Shown here: positions 49,156 through 57,390 of the stretch, in pieces
How positions within the stretch are numbered: position 1 is the stretch's first letter
Layout: the number at the start of each line of letters is the position of its first letter
Source: an uncultured bacterium
Lineage (GTDB): Bacteria; Patescibacteriota; Saccharimonadia; UBA4664
Direction of reading: 5' to 3'
NCBI GenBank assembly: GCA_963720265.1
Contig: CAVRET010000001.1
Coordinates: forward strand, 325,916-389,915
Length of the DNA: 64,000 nucleotides
The notes under the pieces: generated by a model
The model's input: only the letters and a program-made list of their open reading frames with translations
Told to the model about the DNA's origin: nothing
The model's database searches: none
Program-made: the position numbers and the translations under genes

Positions 49156-49770
49156 CTATTTGCTGAGCGACTGGATGATCGCACTTAAGCTGGGGCTTGA
49201 CGAGCTGGTTGTTGCGCTGAGATTTATCAGCGTGGTGCTCGTTAATACCATTGCCAGGGGAAGATTTGATGGGCCGGTTCCCTGTACGGCTTGACCAACT
49301 GGTGTGGTGACGGTGTGAAAATTGGCGGGTAGCGTCAGCGAACCGCCAGCTGAAATTCCCGCTGGTACTTGGACCTGTTGGGGTTGGGTGAGGGCCGAAA
49401 GATTCGGCGGGTTGGCCGGCTTTGTTTGCTCAGATATCTCGATCGTGGCGTTGGCCGAGCGGAGTGAGAAGAACACCACGCCATTTTGCAATGTCGGCGA
49501 AGCGGTGTCGAAGTGCCAGCCGGCCGGCAGCGGGCGCGGGTAGTAGATCGGGCAGTCGGCGAGCTTTACGATGGCCGACGGCGGGCCAGGCAGGTTGCTT
49601 ATGGCATACCAGCCGATTAGTGCTATGGCGCCGCTGGCAGCTGTAATGCCGGCTGCAAATAATATATGGCGTATTGAGGGCAAGAATCGTTTGCTAGGCC
49701 GGCGTCGAAGGACGCGCAGGCGCTGTTCAAGCTCGTCGGGGCCGCGCTCGGGAATAAAACGTTCAATCAT
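49156..49770 (-). CDS. Small membrane-anchored partner protein convergent with giant gene 2.
   Basis: Start set at MIERFIPERGPDELEQRLRVLRRRP; the longer ORF extension overlaps two tRNAs. TM segment ILFAAGITAASGAIALIGWYAI. Ser/Thr-rich extracytoplasmic domain. Confidence 0.65.
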   Translation of the reverse strand: MIERFIPERGPDELEQRLRVLRRRPSKRFLPSIRHILFAAGITAASGAIALIGWYAISNLPGPPSAIVKLADCPIYYPRPLPAGWHFDTASPTLQNGVVFFSLRSANATIEISEQTKPANPPNLSALTQPQQVQVPAGISAGGSLTLPANFHTVTTPVGQAVQGTGPSNLPLAMVLTSTTLINLSATTSSSSPSLSAIIQSLSK

Positions 49771-49948
49771 CGGTGGTTTTATTTTAGCATTGTGATCGAT
49801 GTCTGGTTGTTGTTTGGTATCATGAGATCGATATGATGCCGTACATTGGCGAATGAAGGATTTGCTCGATGAGCAGTGTGGGGACGCTTGAGTACCACAA
49901 GCGCCGAATCCGGCGGCTGGAGAAAATCCGAACGTGGTAAATAATTCC

Positions 49949-50034
49949 TGGTGCCGGGTGAGAGATTCGAACTCCCGAAGACTAATGTCAGCTGATTTAC
50001 AGTCAGCCCTCGTTGGCCACTTGAGTAACCCGGC
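49949..50034 (-). tRNA. tRNA-Tyr (anticodon GTA), type II with long variable arm, CCA encoded.
   Basis: GCCGGGTTACTCAAGTGGCCAACGAGGGCTGACTGTAAATCAGCTGACATTAGTCTTCGGGAGTTCGAATCTCTCACCCGGCACCA. Confidence 0.8.
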
Positions 50035-50110
50035 ATAATATTTGACTAGAAAATTGTACCCCGATTCTGTGCCTGCAACAAGGACACGACGCGGAGCTGC
50101 ATATAAAACA

Positions 50111-50186
50111 ATGGAGCCACCTGTCGGATTCGAACCGACGACCTTCACTTTACAAAAGTGCTGCTCTAGCCGCTGAGCTAAGGTGG
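50111..50186 (-). tRNA. tRNA-Thr (anticodon TGT), CCA encoded.
   Basis: GCCACCTTAGCTCAGCGGCTAGAGCAGCACTTTTGTAAAGTGAAGGTCGTCGGTTCGAATCCGACAGGTGGCTCCA. One G.A mismatch at 27:43. Confidence 0.75.
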
Positions 50187-50192
50187 CGTGTA

Positions 50193-50611
50193 TTATGTGT
50201 TCTTGACGTGCTTAAGCCGTCTCCAGGCGCGACCTATCCCCTTGTTTAGGTTTCTGTAGCTAGAAGTCAGAGCGTGGCAATTTGGGCAGATTAGACGGAG
50301 ATTATTTTCAGAATTGTTGTCTGCATTACCGTCTATGTGGTCTACTTCGAGCGGAACGACCCCCGTAGCAGGATTCGTTTGGCTCCAGTTGCAAGTGAGC
50401 ACGCATTTTGGTACTTCTCTAGCAGGTATCGACGGACGTGTCTCGAAATATCTTTGGCGTTAATACCTCGTGACCCTGATTCGAGGCCCACCTCCCAGCG
50501 CTGGATATAGGATAGGTATTAGTATTCGATTTGACAGCGATTGGAGCAGTAAACTCGGTTACGGCTAGCTGGCTTTTTCCCACAAAGTCTGCGAGCTGTC
50601 ATACATGGCAT
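50193..50611 (-). pseudogene. HNH endonuclease, disrupted by one in-frame stop and one frameshift.
   Basis: Three pieces lie in different frames. First, MPCMTARRLCGKKPASRNRVYCSNRCQIEY, ending in TAA. Second, YLSYIQRWEVGLESGSRGINAKDISRHVRRYLLEKYQNAC. Third, after a frameshift, LTCNWSQTNPATGVVPLEVDHIDGNADNNSENNLRLICPNCHALTSSY. Together they form a canonical HNH nuclease with an EVDHIDGN...NL.LLCPNCH core. Confidence 0.65.
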
Positions 50612-50657
50612 TTTAACCTATCTAAGGCACTTTTTTCCAGTTCCTGCGGTTCGAACG

Positions 50658-51380
50658 TCATTTTGAGGGCTTGGAGCGACCTGTGTCGCCGGCGGCTCTA
50701 GCCTCTTTATGTTGGTCGTGCGGCTTATCAAGGCCAAGGCGGCGCAGCGCGGCTGCATTGGTGGGGTCAACTTCGCGTAACTTGCGCCAAGCCTTGGCTG
50801 CCGCCACTGGGCGTTCGGCTTCATCGCAGGTTTCGGCCAGCATTTGCAGGGTGCGCTTGTTCGGCTCAAGCTCAACGGCAGCCTCCAGCGACGTGATGGC
50901 GTCTTGCAGGTTGCCGAGTTTGGCCTGGGCCCGACTTAAGCCTACGTAGCGGGCAGCGGTGGGCTCAAACATGATAGCTTTTTGAAAGGCAGCGATGGCT
51001 TTCATGAGATTACGGTTATCGAGATACGCGAGGGCGAGATTCTGTAGCGTGGTACCGGACGGGTGCAAACGGGCTGCAATGCCGAAGCATTCGATGGCGT
51101 CAGGCAGATTTTTTTGAGTGGAATAAATAATACCAAGGTGACTATAGGCTGTGACATTTTTGTGGTCGAGCTTGAGTACACTGAGATAGGCTTTTTCGGC
51201 CGCCAGCCATTTTTTTTCAGCAAACAGCCGATCCGCGTATGACACGAGCTGGGTTAATTTAGTGGTCTGGGGCGGGGCGGGTGTAAGCGGAGCCGCTGAA
51301 GCTGCAGGCGCGACTTCGAGACGACTTAGATTGTGCCATAAAATAATAATCGCCGCTAGGATAACAAGCGCCGGACTCAT
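50658..51380 (-). CDS. Membrane-anchored TPR-repeat protein.
   Basis: N-terminal TM ALVILAAIIILW. At least four TPR-like repeats (WLAAEKAYLSVLKLDHKNVTAYSHLGIIY..., AIAAFQKAIMFEP...). Start overlaps the holB stop. Confidence 0.7.
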   Translation of the reverse strand: MSPALVILAAIIILWHNLSRLEVAPAASAAPLTPAPPQTTKLTQLVSYADRLFAEKKWLAAEKAYLSVLKLDHKNVTAYSHLGIIYSTQKNLPDAIECFGIAARLHPSGTTLQNLALAYLDNRNLMKAIAAFQKAIMFEPTAARYVGLSRAQAKLGNLQDAITSLEAAVELEPNKRTLQMLAETCDEAERPVAAAKAWRKLREVDPTNAAALRRLGLDKPHDQHKEARAAGDTGRSKPSK

Positions 51381-52282
51381 CCCGTGAGCTCCAGCATGAG
51401 TGTTTCGATGGCAACCCTAGATGTAACGCCGGCGGCGAGGCGTTTTCGAAATCGAACAAGTGCGGCAAAGCCGGGTGCTGCCGCGGCCGGAGCAGCACCA
51501 GTGGTAATGCGCGTGCTCAGCAGGGCCTGGAGGTAGCGGGCGAATTGTAGCAGATCGGCTTGATTACCGGCGGCGAGCCGGGCGCCAAGCAGTAAACGCT
51601 CAAACAGAGATTGGCCCAAGACGGCTACAGCCGCGGCGTGAAGCTCGCGGTCCGCGGCCATGAGTTCAGGGCTGGCTGCTAGCGCCAGTGCCCGGCCGGG
51701 AAGGTTCTCTGCCCTGGCGACAAGTTGTTCAATCGCCGCGGACGTTAGCTCGGGATAACGCTCGGCTACGAGCTTTATTACTGCGGTTTGTGATGGTGCC
51801 GGGAAGTAAACCGCAATGCAGCGTGAGCGGATAGTGGCCAGCAATCCCTGTGGTTCGCTGGTAACAAGCACTATGAGGGCTCCGGCAGGCGGCTCCTCGA
51901 TGAGTTTTAACAAAGCGTTTTGGGCGTCGACCGTTAAGGCCTGGGCGTCATCAATGAGCACCGACCTGACTGATCTGGGCCGATACGCCCGGTCGGCTAG
52001 TGCGGTTGTCAGCCGGCGTACTTGTTCAATCGCGATCGTAGGGCGATCGGTTGGCGCAAGGTAGTGAAAATCCGGGTAGGCATCAGCCGTAAAAGCCCGG
52101 CAGACCGGGCAAGCTGCCACGCTGTCGGCGTGATGATCCGGGCAGGCTAACTGTCTGGCCAGATCACGGGCGGCCGCGGCTTTGCCGACCTGCGGCGGGC
52201 CGAAAAATATATAGCTACCGAGGCGACCAGCGGTGAGGCGGGCGAGCATTGCCTTGGGCCGGTCATGCAAAAGCACACTCAT
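51377..52282 (-). CDS. holB: DNA polymerase III subunit delta-prime.
   Basis: Walker-A-like FFGPPQVGK. Zn-module CPDHHADSVAACPVC. NALLKLIEEPP box. Sensor SRC. Confidence 0.8.
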   Translation of the reverse strand: MSVLLHDRPKAMLARLTAGRLGSYIFFGPPQVGKAAAARDLARQLACPDHHADSVAACPVCRAFTADAYPDFHYLAPTDRPTIAIEQVRRLTTALADRAYRPRSVRSVLIDDAQALTVDAQNALLKLIEEPPAGALIVLVTSEPQGLLATIRSRCIAVYFPAPSQTAVIKLVAERYPELTSAAIEQLVARAENLPGRALALAASPELMAADRELHAAAVAVLGQSLFERLLLGARLAAGNQADLLQFARYLQALLSTRITTGAAPAAAAPGFAALVRFRKRLAAGVTSRVAIETLMLELTG

Positions 52283-52293
52283 GATAATGAGTA

Positions 52294-53190
52294 TTATACC
52301 TGGTTTTGGAGTCTGGCGAGGACTGTGGCAAGGTCGGACGGTAACTGGCTCACCAGGTGCAGTTGCTTGCCATTTGGGGCTGTAAATTCGAGCTCGGCGG
52401 CGTGGAGAAACTGGCGTTTCAGCCCAAGCGGCCGAGTTTTGGGTCCATACACGATATCTCCGGCAACGGGGTGACCGAGTGCGGCCAAATGCACTCGAAT
52501 TTGGTGTGTCCGGCCAGTTTGCGGTTTAACCTCGATCTGACTATACCCGGGATACGTCTCGAGTGTGCGGTAGGTTGTTATAGCCGGCTTGCCGGTGGAA
52601 GTAACCAGACGCCGCAGGGGACGGGCCGGGTCGCGGCTGAGCGGCAGGTCAATGGCGGCGGCGGGGGGCTTGAGGGTGCCGATTGCAAGTGCCCGGTAGG
52701 TTTTATGAACGGTGCGCTTGCGGAATTGTTGTTGCAGTACCGCTTTGGCCGCAGTGGTTTTGGCAATGACGAGGAGGCCGGAAGTGTCGCGGTCGAGCCG
52801 GTGTACAATGCCGGGACGCTCCGGGTCCGGGTCGGTAGTGCGCTGCCTGGCGAAGTCGGCCACGGTCGAACTACCGCCGAGCCTGGCTGGGTGTACCGTA
52901 AGGCCGGCCGGTTTATCAACGACCAGCAAATCGGCATCTTCGTAGATGACTGTAAGCACAGGTGCGGCGCTGGGTAGCGGCGCTTTGGGAAGTTCTAGGT
53001 CAATCTCATCTCCCGGTTGGACTGCATAGCTCGCCCGTTCCGGCTGGTTGTTTACGCTTACCGAACCGTTTTTCAATAGTCGTCCGACAAAGCTGCGGGT
53101 TTGGCCGGTGGCAGATGCCAAGAAAACATCAAGCCGCCCAGGCCCAGCGTCTGCAGGAACGGTCAAGTGGGTTGGTGAATTTTCGGTCAC
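52294..53190 (-). CDS. rluD: RluA-family 23S rRNA pseudouridine synthase (RluD-like), with an N-terminal S4 domain.
   Basis: HRLDRDTSGLLVIAKT catalytic motif. N-terminal S4-like segment. 298 aa. Confidence 0.8.
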   Translation of the reverse strand: MTENSPTHLTVPADAGPGRLDVFLASATGQTRSFVGRLLKNGSVSVNNQPERASYAVQPGDEIDLELPKAPLPSAAPVLTVIYEDADLLVVDKPAGLTVHPARLGGSSTVADFARQRTTDPDPERPGIVHRLDRDTSGLLVIAKTTAAKAVLQQQFRKRTVHKTYRALAIGTLKPPAAAIDLPLSRDPARPLRRLVTSTGKPAITTYRTLETYPGYSQIEVKPQTGRTHQIRVHLAALGHPVAGDIVYGPKTRPLGLKRQFLHAAELEFTAPNGKQLHLVSQLPSDLATVLARLQNQV

Positions 53191-54182
53191 CGGATGAGTG
53201 CGGAGGCAGATGTGAGTTCGCGTTTGGGTCCGAGAATAATCAGCCGGTCGCCTGGATAAATGATTTCTTGACCGGTTGGGCGGACGCGACTCACGCCGTC
53301 GGCGCCGTTAATGGCAATTACGGTGGCACCGATTTGACCTTCGGCCAGTGATTTGCCAAGCCGATGCCCGGCCAGTTTGGAGTGCTCTCCTACTACCATC
53401 TCTTCGACTTCGAGATCAGCGTGGTCGGCTTTACTGGAGATAATATCCATATAATCGACCACGTTGGGTCTGAGCGCCATGGATGCCATATGGTAGCCGC
53501 CGATCTGATACGGCATGGCGACGCGGTTGGCGCCGGCCCGTTTGAGTTTGATTTCGTTTTCCGGCCGGTTGGCGCGGGCCACAATGTAAAGGTTTGGATT
53601 AAGCGAGCGAGCGGCGAGCGTGACGAACAGGTTAAGCGAATCCTCGCCTAAACAGGCCACGAGTCCGGCGGCCCGGCTGACGCCAACTTGCTGGAGCGTC
53701 TCCTCGGCCGTTGAGTCGAGCGGCAACGCATTGTAGCCCTTCGTTAGCGCGTCGGTGACCTTGGCTTGATCACGGTCAAGTCCAACAAACGGCACACCCT
53801 CGTGCTCCATTTCGGCTGCCACTTGGGCGCCGACTCGTCCGAGGCCGCAAATTATGTAATGATCCTTTAGCTTGTCGACTTTGGCCTTCACCCGAAACTT
53901 CCGCACGTTATCGCTTAAGCCCATCATATATTCGGCCAGCCATTTGAGCAAATAGGCGATAAGGGCGAGGCTTGATAGGGTAAGGAAGATAACTAGGGCC
54001 CGCGATACCGGGTCCGTTAGTTGGAGACTGTCGGAGCGATCGAGCAGGATAATGAGGGTTTCATAAAAAGCATTGCCCGGCGATACGTGGCCGGACCAAA
54101 CAAACCCCACCGTGCCAATTACAACTACGACACCCGTAATTATGGACAGCCGCCAGACTGTGCGAGCGTTGTGTTCTTGCAT
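53187..54182 (-). CDS. RCK/TrkA-N domain ion-channel-like membrane protein.
   Basis: Two N-terminal TM helices, then Rossmann IICGLGRVGAQVA (TrkA-N) and a TrkA-C-like C-terminus. A canonical TVGYG filter is not obvious. Confidence 0.7.
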   Translation of the reverse strand: MQEHNARTVWRLSIITGVVVVIGTVGFVWSGHVSPGNAFYETLIILLDRSDSLQLTDPVSRALVIFLTLSSLALIAYLLKWLAEYMMGLSDNVRKFRVKAKVDKLKDHYIICGLGRVGAQVAAEMEHEGVPFVGLDRDQAKVTDALTKGYNALPLDSTAEETLQQVGVSRAAGLVACLGEDSLNLFVTLAARSLNPNLYIVARANRPENEIKLKRAGANRVAMPYQIGGYHMASMALRPNVVDYMDIISSKADHADLEVEEMVVGEHSKLAGHRLGKSLAEGQIGATVIAINGADGVSRVRPTGQEIIYPGDRLIILGPKRELTSASALIR

Positions 54183-54287
54183 GTACTTGTATTATACCGC
54201 TTGAGGTTTGGTTGGTGCCAGAATGCGCACGACGTAGGGTGATGTAGACCGACCATTTCCGGTAGTAGCACCCGAGAAATGGTCGGT

Positions 54288-54806
54288 CTAGGCAACAGGT
54301 TGGATGAGCTGGTAAGCGTTGGGGCGTGTGCCGATTCCACGCTCAACTTGCAGCAACCCTTGCTCAACCATGGCCATTCTCACGGCATACATGAGATCGC
54401 GGCGAAACGGCAATTCGTGCTCATCCGCCAGTACGTTCAGCTCGATGTCACTGCCTTCCCAGCATCCCTGTTCGTTGCAGATGATGCGCAGAAGCTTGAG
54501 CGCGGCGTCGGCAAGGCGTGCGATAACGAGAGGCCCACCTGTGGGGTACTTTCGCCAAACCCGCAAGATCGCTTCTCGCCCATCGGAGGTTGGCAGAAGG
54601 TTGGCAAACTGAACTCGTTCGGCGGGTTGCATGCCGCCCCACATGTCATCTGGAATGTTGTGTTCAAGGGCGTGGTCGAGACATTTGGATAGTACCGGGC
54701 AAGACCAGCAAATGCTTCTTGCGTATGTCTGTTGACCTAGAGCGTGAAAATGTATTTTGCCAGTGACCGCACAGGCGGCGCGGCTATACCATTCGGGTTC
54801 AGACAT
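54288..54806 (-). CDS. WhiB-like (Wbl) Fe-S transcription factor with a ~90-aa C-terminal extension.
   Basis: Four Cys in the WhiB arrangement (AAC at 12; ICWSCPVLSKC) plus DMWGGM turn motif. 172 aa. Confidence 0.7.
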   Translation of the reverse strand: MSEPEWYSRAACAVTGKIHFHALGQQTYARSICWSCPVLSKCLDHALEHNIPDDMWGGMQPAERVQFANLLPTSDGREAILRVWRKYPTGGPLVIARLADAALKLLRIICNEQGCWEGSDIELNVLADEHELPFRRDLMYAVRMAMVEQGLLQVERGIGTRPNAYQLIQPVA

Positions 54807-54847
54807 TCGTCCAGCCTCTCCTGATTGAGTGGTCGTAATAGTGATAT

Positions 54848-54907
54848 CGCTTGAGGCCCGGCTTTCGTCGCTCTTTTGCGCGTGGGTCGCGAGTTGACAA
54901 GCCGGCC
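54848..54907 (-). repeat. Direct repeat copy C: a ~60-bp duplicate of the 3' end of the rpsI coding sequence.
   Basis: On the minus strand it reads AGLSTRDPRAKERRKPGLKR, matching uS9 residues AGLLTRDPREKERQKPGLKR, then diverges into the WhiB-like start region. Aligns to 57425..57483. Confidence 0.8.
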
Positions 54908-54936
54908 GTCCCCGTCTGATCAGGGAACGGCCGGCC
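54893..54936 (-). terminator. GC-rich hairpin downstream of the 215-aa ORF (putative terminator / cassette boundary).
   Basis: Perfect inverted repeat ggccggccgttccc-tgatcagac-gggaacggccggc on the minus strand. The U-tract is weak (TTGTCAA). Confidence 0.4.
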
Positions 54937-54971
54937 TTAGTGGAGAGCAGCTCGAGTCGGATGAGTGCCCG

Positions 54972-55619
54972 CTAGGCGGCGATCTCGGAATCATCGAGAT
55001 CGAGCACCAGCTGTAGGGCGTACCACGTCTCGAGCGTGCCGGTGATGTTGAGCCAGCCGCACTGCAGTCCGTAGTCGAGTACGGCAACAGCGGCGTCGTA
55101 ATCATCGGCGAACCGGGTTTCCTTGAATGCGTCGCACACGAGACCGACCGCTATCGAACTCCTGCTGGATCCGGTCATTGTGTGGCCCGGCCGTCCCAGG
55201 AGGTAGGCCGTGACCAGTGCCCGCTGGTCAGACAGGAGGTTGCGGGGGCGACGGCGGATTTGAGCCGGCGGCCACGGCGGTTTGGGCAGCATCTCCCGAA
55301 GCACTGAGGCGAGCTCGGCCGGCGGGGCCGAAACGAGCTGGAGGTCGTAAAGGCCGGTGAGCCTGGCGATACGCCAGTGCACGAGCGTGTTGTCGAGTGT
55401 TGCTAGGAGCCTAACGTAGCCGCCTTGGAACTCGACGGCGCGGCAGAGCTCGGCGAATGCGGTCCGTCCCTGTATTCGCATCTTCGCACAGTTGAGCAAA
55501 TACCCAACTACGCGGCAGCACAGGACCGGGCCGGAGTCCAGGAACAATCGCCACTGTTCGTCGGTAACGACGTCCTTTCGCGGATCGCGAGGAGGCGCCT
55601 CCATGGTGTCTGCTGCCAT
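54972..55619 (-). CDS. Hypothetical 215-aa protein (cassette ORF).
   Basis: Intact ORF ending ...DSEIAA. Its last two codons plus stop plus 9 nt (gtgcccgctaggcggc on plus) are identical to the 3' end of the 197-aa ORF. No known domain. Confidence 0.5.
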   Translation of the reverse strand: MAADTMEAPPRDPRKDVVTDEQWRLFLDSGPVLCCRVVGYLLNCAKMRIQGRTAFAELCRAVEFQGGYVRLLATLDNTLVHWRIARLTGLYDLQLVSAPPAELASVLREMLPKPPWPPAQIRRRPRNLLSDQRALVTAYLLGRPGHTMTGSSRSSIAVGLVCDAFKETRFADDYDAAVAVLDYGLQCGWLNITGTLETWYALQLVLDLDDSEIAA

Positions 55620-55876
55620 TTTTCCCCCTTCGCGGAAATTGGCAGGGATAGGGTCGATTGGCTTGGCTTATATTTCGAGTTACAACTGCAACCGTGGCCA
55701 TTATTTCAGATACATGAAGTTCGGTCAAAAACAAGCCCTCGGCGTGCGAAGCCGCCCGTTTCTGCTCATTTAACATAGCAGAGACGGGCGGCGACGAGGA
55801 TCCGGCGGTGCCGGCCCTTGAGTGGCCGCTAGGGCCAGATTGCGGAGCGGCGATATTGTGAACGACGTTCGTCCGC

Positions 55877-56251
55877 TTAGCGCAGATGTCCGGCTCGAAG
55901 CATGGCCGTTACCGGCGCACTTTGGACGGCTTCAATGAGATCGAAGGGTACGTTCGTGACAAAATCGTCGGCGGACTGTCGTTCGTACTCCTCGCGAGCG
56001 AGTTGGAGAAGCTCGCGCCACGAGGTGACCGCAGACCTGCGTCGCAAAAGGGCTCTGCGCTCGCGCTCGGTCATGCCGCCCCAGACACCGAATTCGATGC
56101 CGTTGTCGAGCGCATCGGCCAGGCACTCGGTGCGAACCGGGCACCCGCGACAGATGAGTTTCGCGCGGTTCTGAGCCGCACCTTGGACGAACAGTTCGTT
56201 CGTATCGGTGCCTTTGCAGGCGGCGCGAGTGGTCCAGTCGGTGATCCACAT
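55877..56251 (-). CDS. whiB: WhiB-family transcription factor (classical).
   Basis: AACKG, ICRGCPVRTEC and FGVWGGMTERERRAL. Full WhiB signature, 124 aa. Confidence 0.85.
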   Translation of the reverse strand: MWITDWTTRAACKGTDTNELFVQGAAQNRAKLICRGCPVRTECLADALDNGIEFGVWGGMTERERRALLRRRSAVTSWRELLQLAREEYERQSADDFVTNVPFDLIEAVQSAPVTAMLRAGHLR

Positions 56252-56445
56252 CTTTTGCTCCTTTGTTCCTCGGGGAACGGTGCTACACGTACCCCCAAGG
56301 GACGTGCTTGTGGTGTTATTCTACAATAATTGTGCGGTTGTTTTGACATTTTTTTAGATGTTTTGGCAGGAAGAGTGTGTGGCCGTAGTTTCGCGTAGCA
56401 AAAAACGACCCCGGTAGGCCGTTTCTTTCATTTTTTGGGTTGTTC

Positions 56446-56538
56446 AGCGCTTGGAGAACCGTGACGCTTTGCGGGCGCGCTTGTGGCCCGGCTTCCGTCA
56501 CTTTTTTTGCGCGTTGGTTGCGAGTTAATAGGCCGGCC
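56446..56538 (-). repeat. Direct repeat copy B: a ~93-bp duplicate of the 3' end of rpsI.
   Basis: ~85% identical to 57393..57483. On the minus strand it encodes *RKPGHKRARKASRFSKR*, versus real uS9 ...QKPGLKRARKASQFSKR*. Confidence 0.85.
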
Positions 56539-56550
56539 ATGCAGTGCGTG

Positions 56551-56596
56551 AAAAAAGCCAGCCGGCCGCCCCCAGGTGGTACGGGGACGGCCGGGC
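56551..56596 (-). terminator. Intrinsic terminator downstream of the 197-aa ORF.
   Basis: On the minus strand: gcccggccgtcccc-gtaccacctg-ggggcggccggc hairpin followed by TTTTTT. Confidence 0.6.
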
Positions 56597-56633
56597 GTGT
56601 TGCGGTGCCACTCGACATTGACCTGCGTGCCCG

Positions 56634-57227
56634 CTAGGCGGCCGTCGCGCTGGTGGTAAGCGCTTGTGAAGCGTAGTAAAGCTCCGCTCCAGGACTGCGC
56701 AGCCAGGTGATGCGAACGCCGGCGAAATCCGTGTCACCGATCAGTTCGTGCGCTGCCATTGCACGGATCTGAGTGCGCGCGCGAGCGGTGGGTATCCCGG
56801 CCCGGCGGGCGAAGTCTACGTCGGACAGTCCAGCGAGGCTGTAGTCGGTACGCGGTCCCAGCTCGATCAGGAATGTGAGCATCACCGCGACCAGCGCAGG
56901 ATCTGGACTAATCGTCGGCTTAGGGGGCCGATAGTTGGGCGGGTCTGCCATGAGCTTGAGCACCGGCATCTGTGCGGGATCGGTATTTACAGTGATGGTA
57001 GTTTCGACCGATGCCGGCAGGGAGACCGTAAAGACGCCGACGCCGTGCGATGTGGTGACGAGGTTCTCTTTGCGTGTCTCGGCCAACGTATCGATGACCT
57101 GGCCGATGCCAGACCACCCCAGTGCGTCCCGGATCCGGCGATAGGCGGTGACCACGGTGGCGCCGGTTATTGGCCCTTGGCTGAGTAGATCGAGAAGTTG
57201 GTTTACTTGGGCGTCCACTCGTGACAC
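56634..57227 (-). CDS. Hypothetical 197-aa protein (cassette ORF).
   Basis: Intact ORF ending ...TTSATAA, sharing the 3' boundary sequence with the 215-aa ORF. No known domain. Confidence 0.5.
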   Translation of the reverse strand: MSRVDAQVNQLLDLLSQGPITGATVVTAYRRIRDALGWSGIGQVIDTLAETRKENLVTTSHGVGVFTVSLPASVETTITVNTDPAQMPVLKLMADPPNYRPPKPTISPDPALVAVMLTFLIELGPRTDYSLAGLSDVDFARRAGIPTARARTQIRAMAAHELIGDTDFAGVRITWLRSPGAELYYASQALTTSATAA

Positions 57228-57390
57228 CTCCGGTTGTCATTGGCCGAGAGCTAGTGTGCACTCGGGAACGGGTTGCGTTCTGTCGCAAGCCGAGTCAAGG
57301 CTCAACGTAATTATTACTGAATTTCGGGAATTATCCTAGTGCTTGAGATGAGCATGAAACGGATCGTGAAGGGGTGGAATTCGGACCGGA

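Noticed and set aside
17452-50611. Interpretation of the tail-fibre gene, giant genes and HNH as an intact prophage.
   Set aside because: No capsid, portal, terminase, tail tube/tape-measure, integrase or lysis genes are present. Only fibre-like and nuclease remnants are seen.
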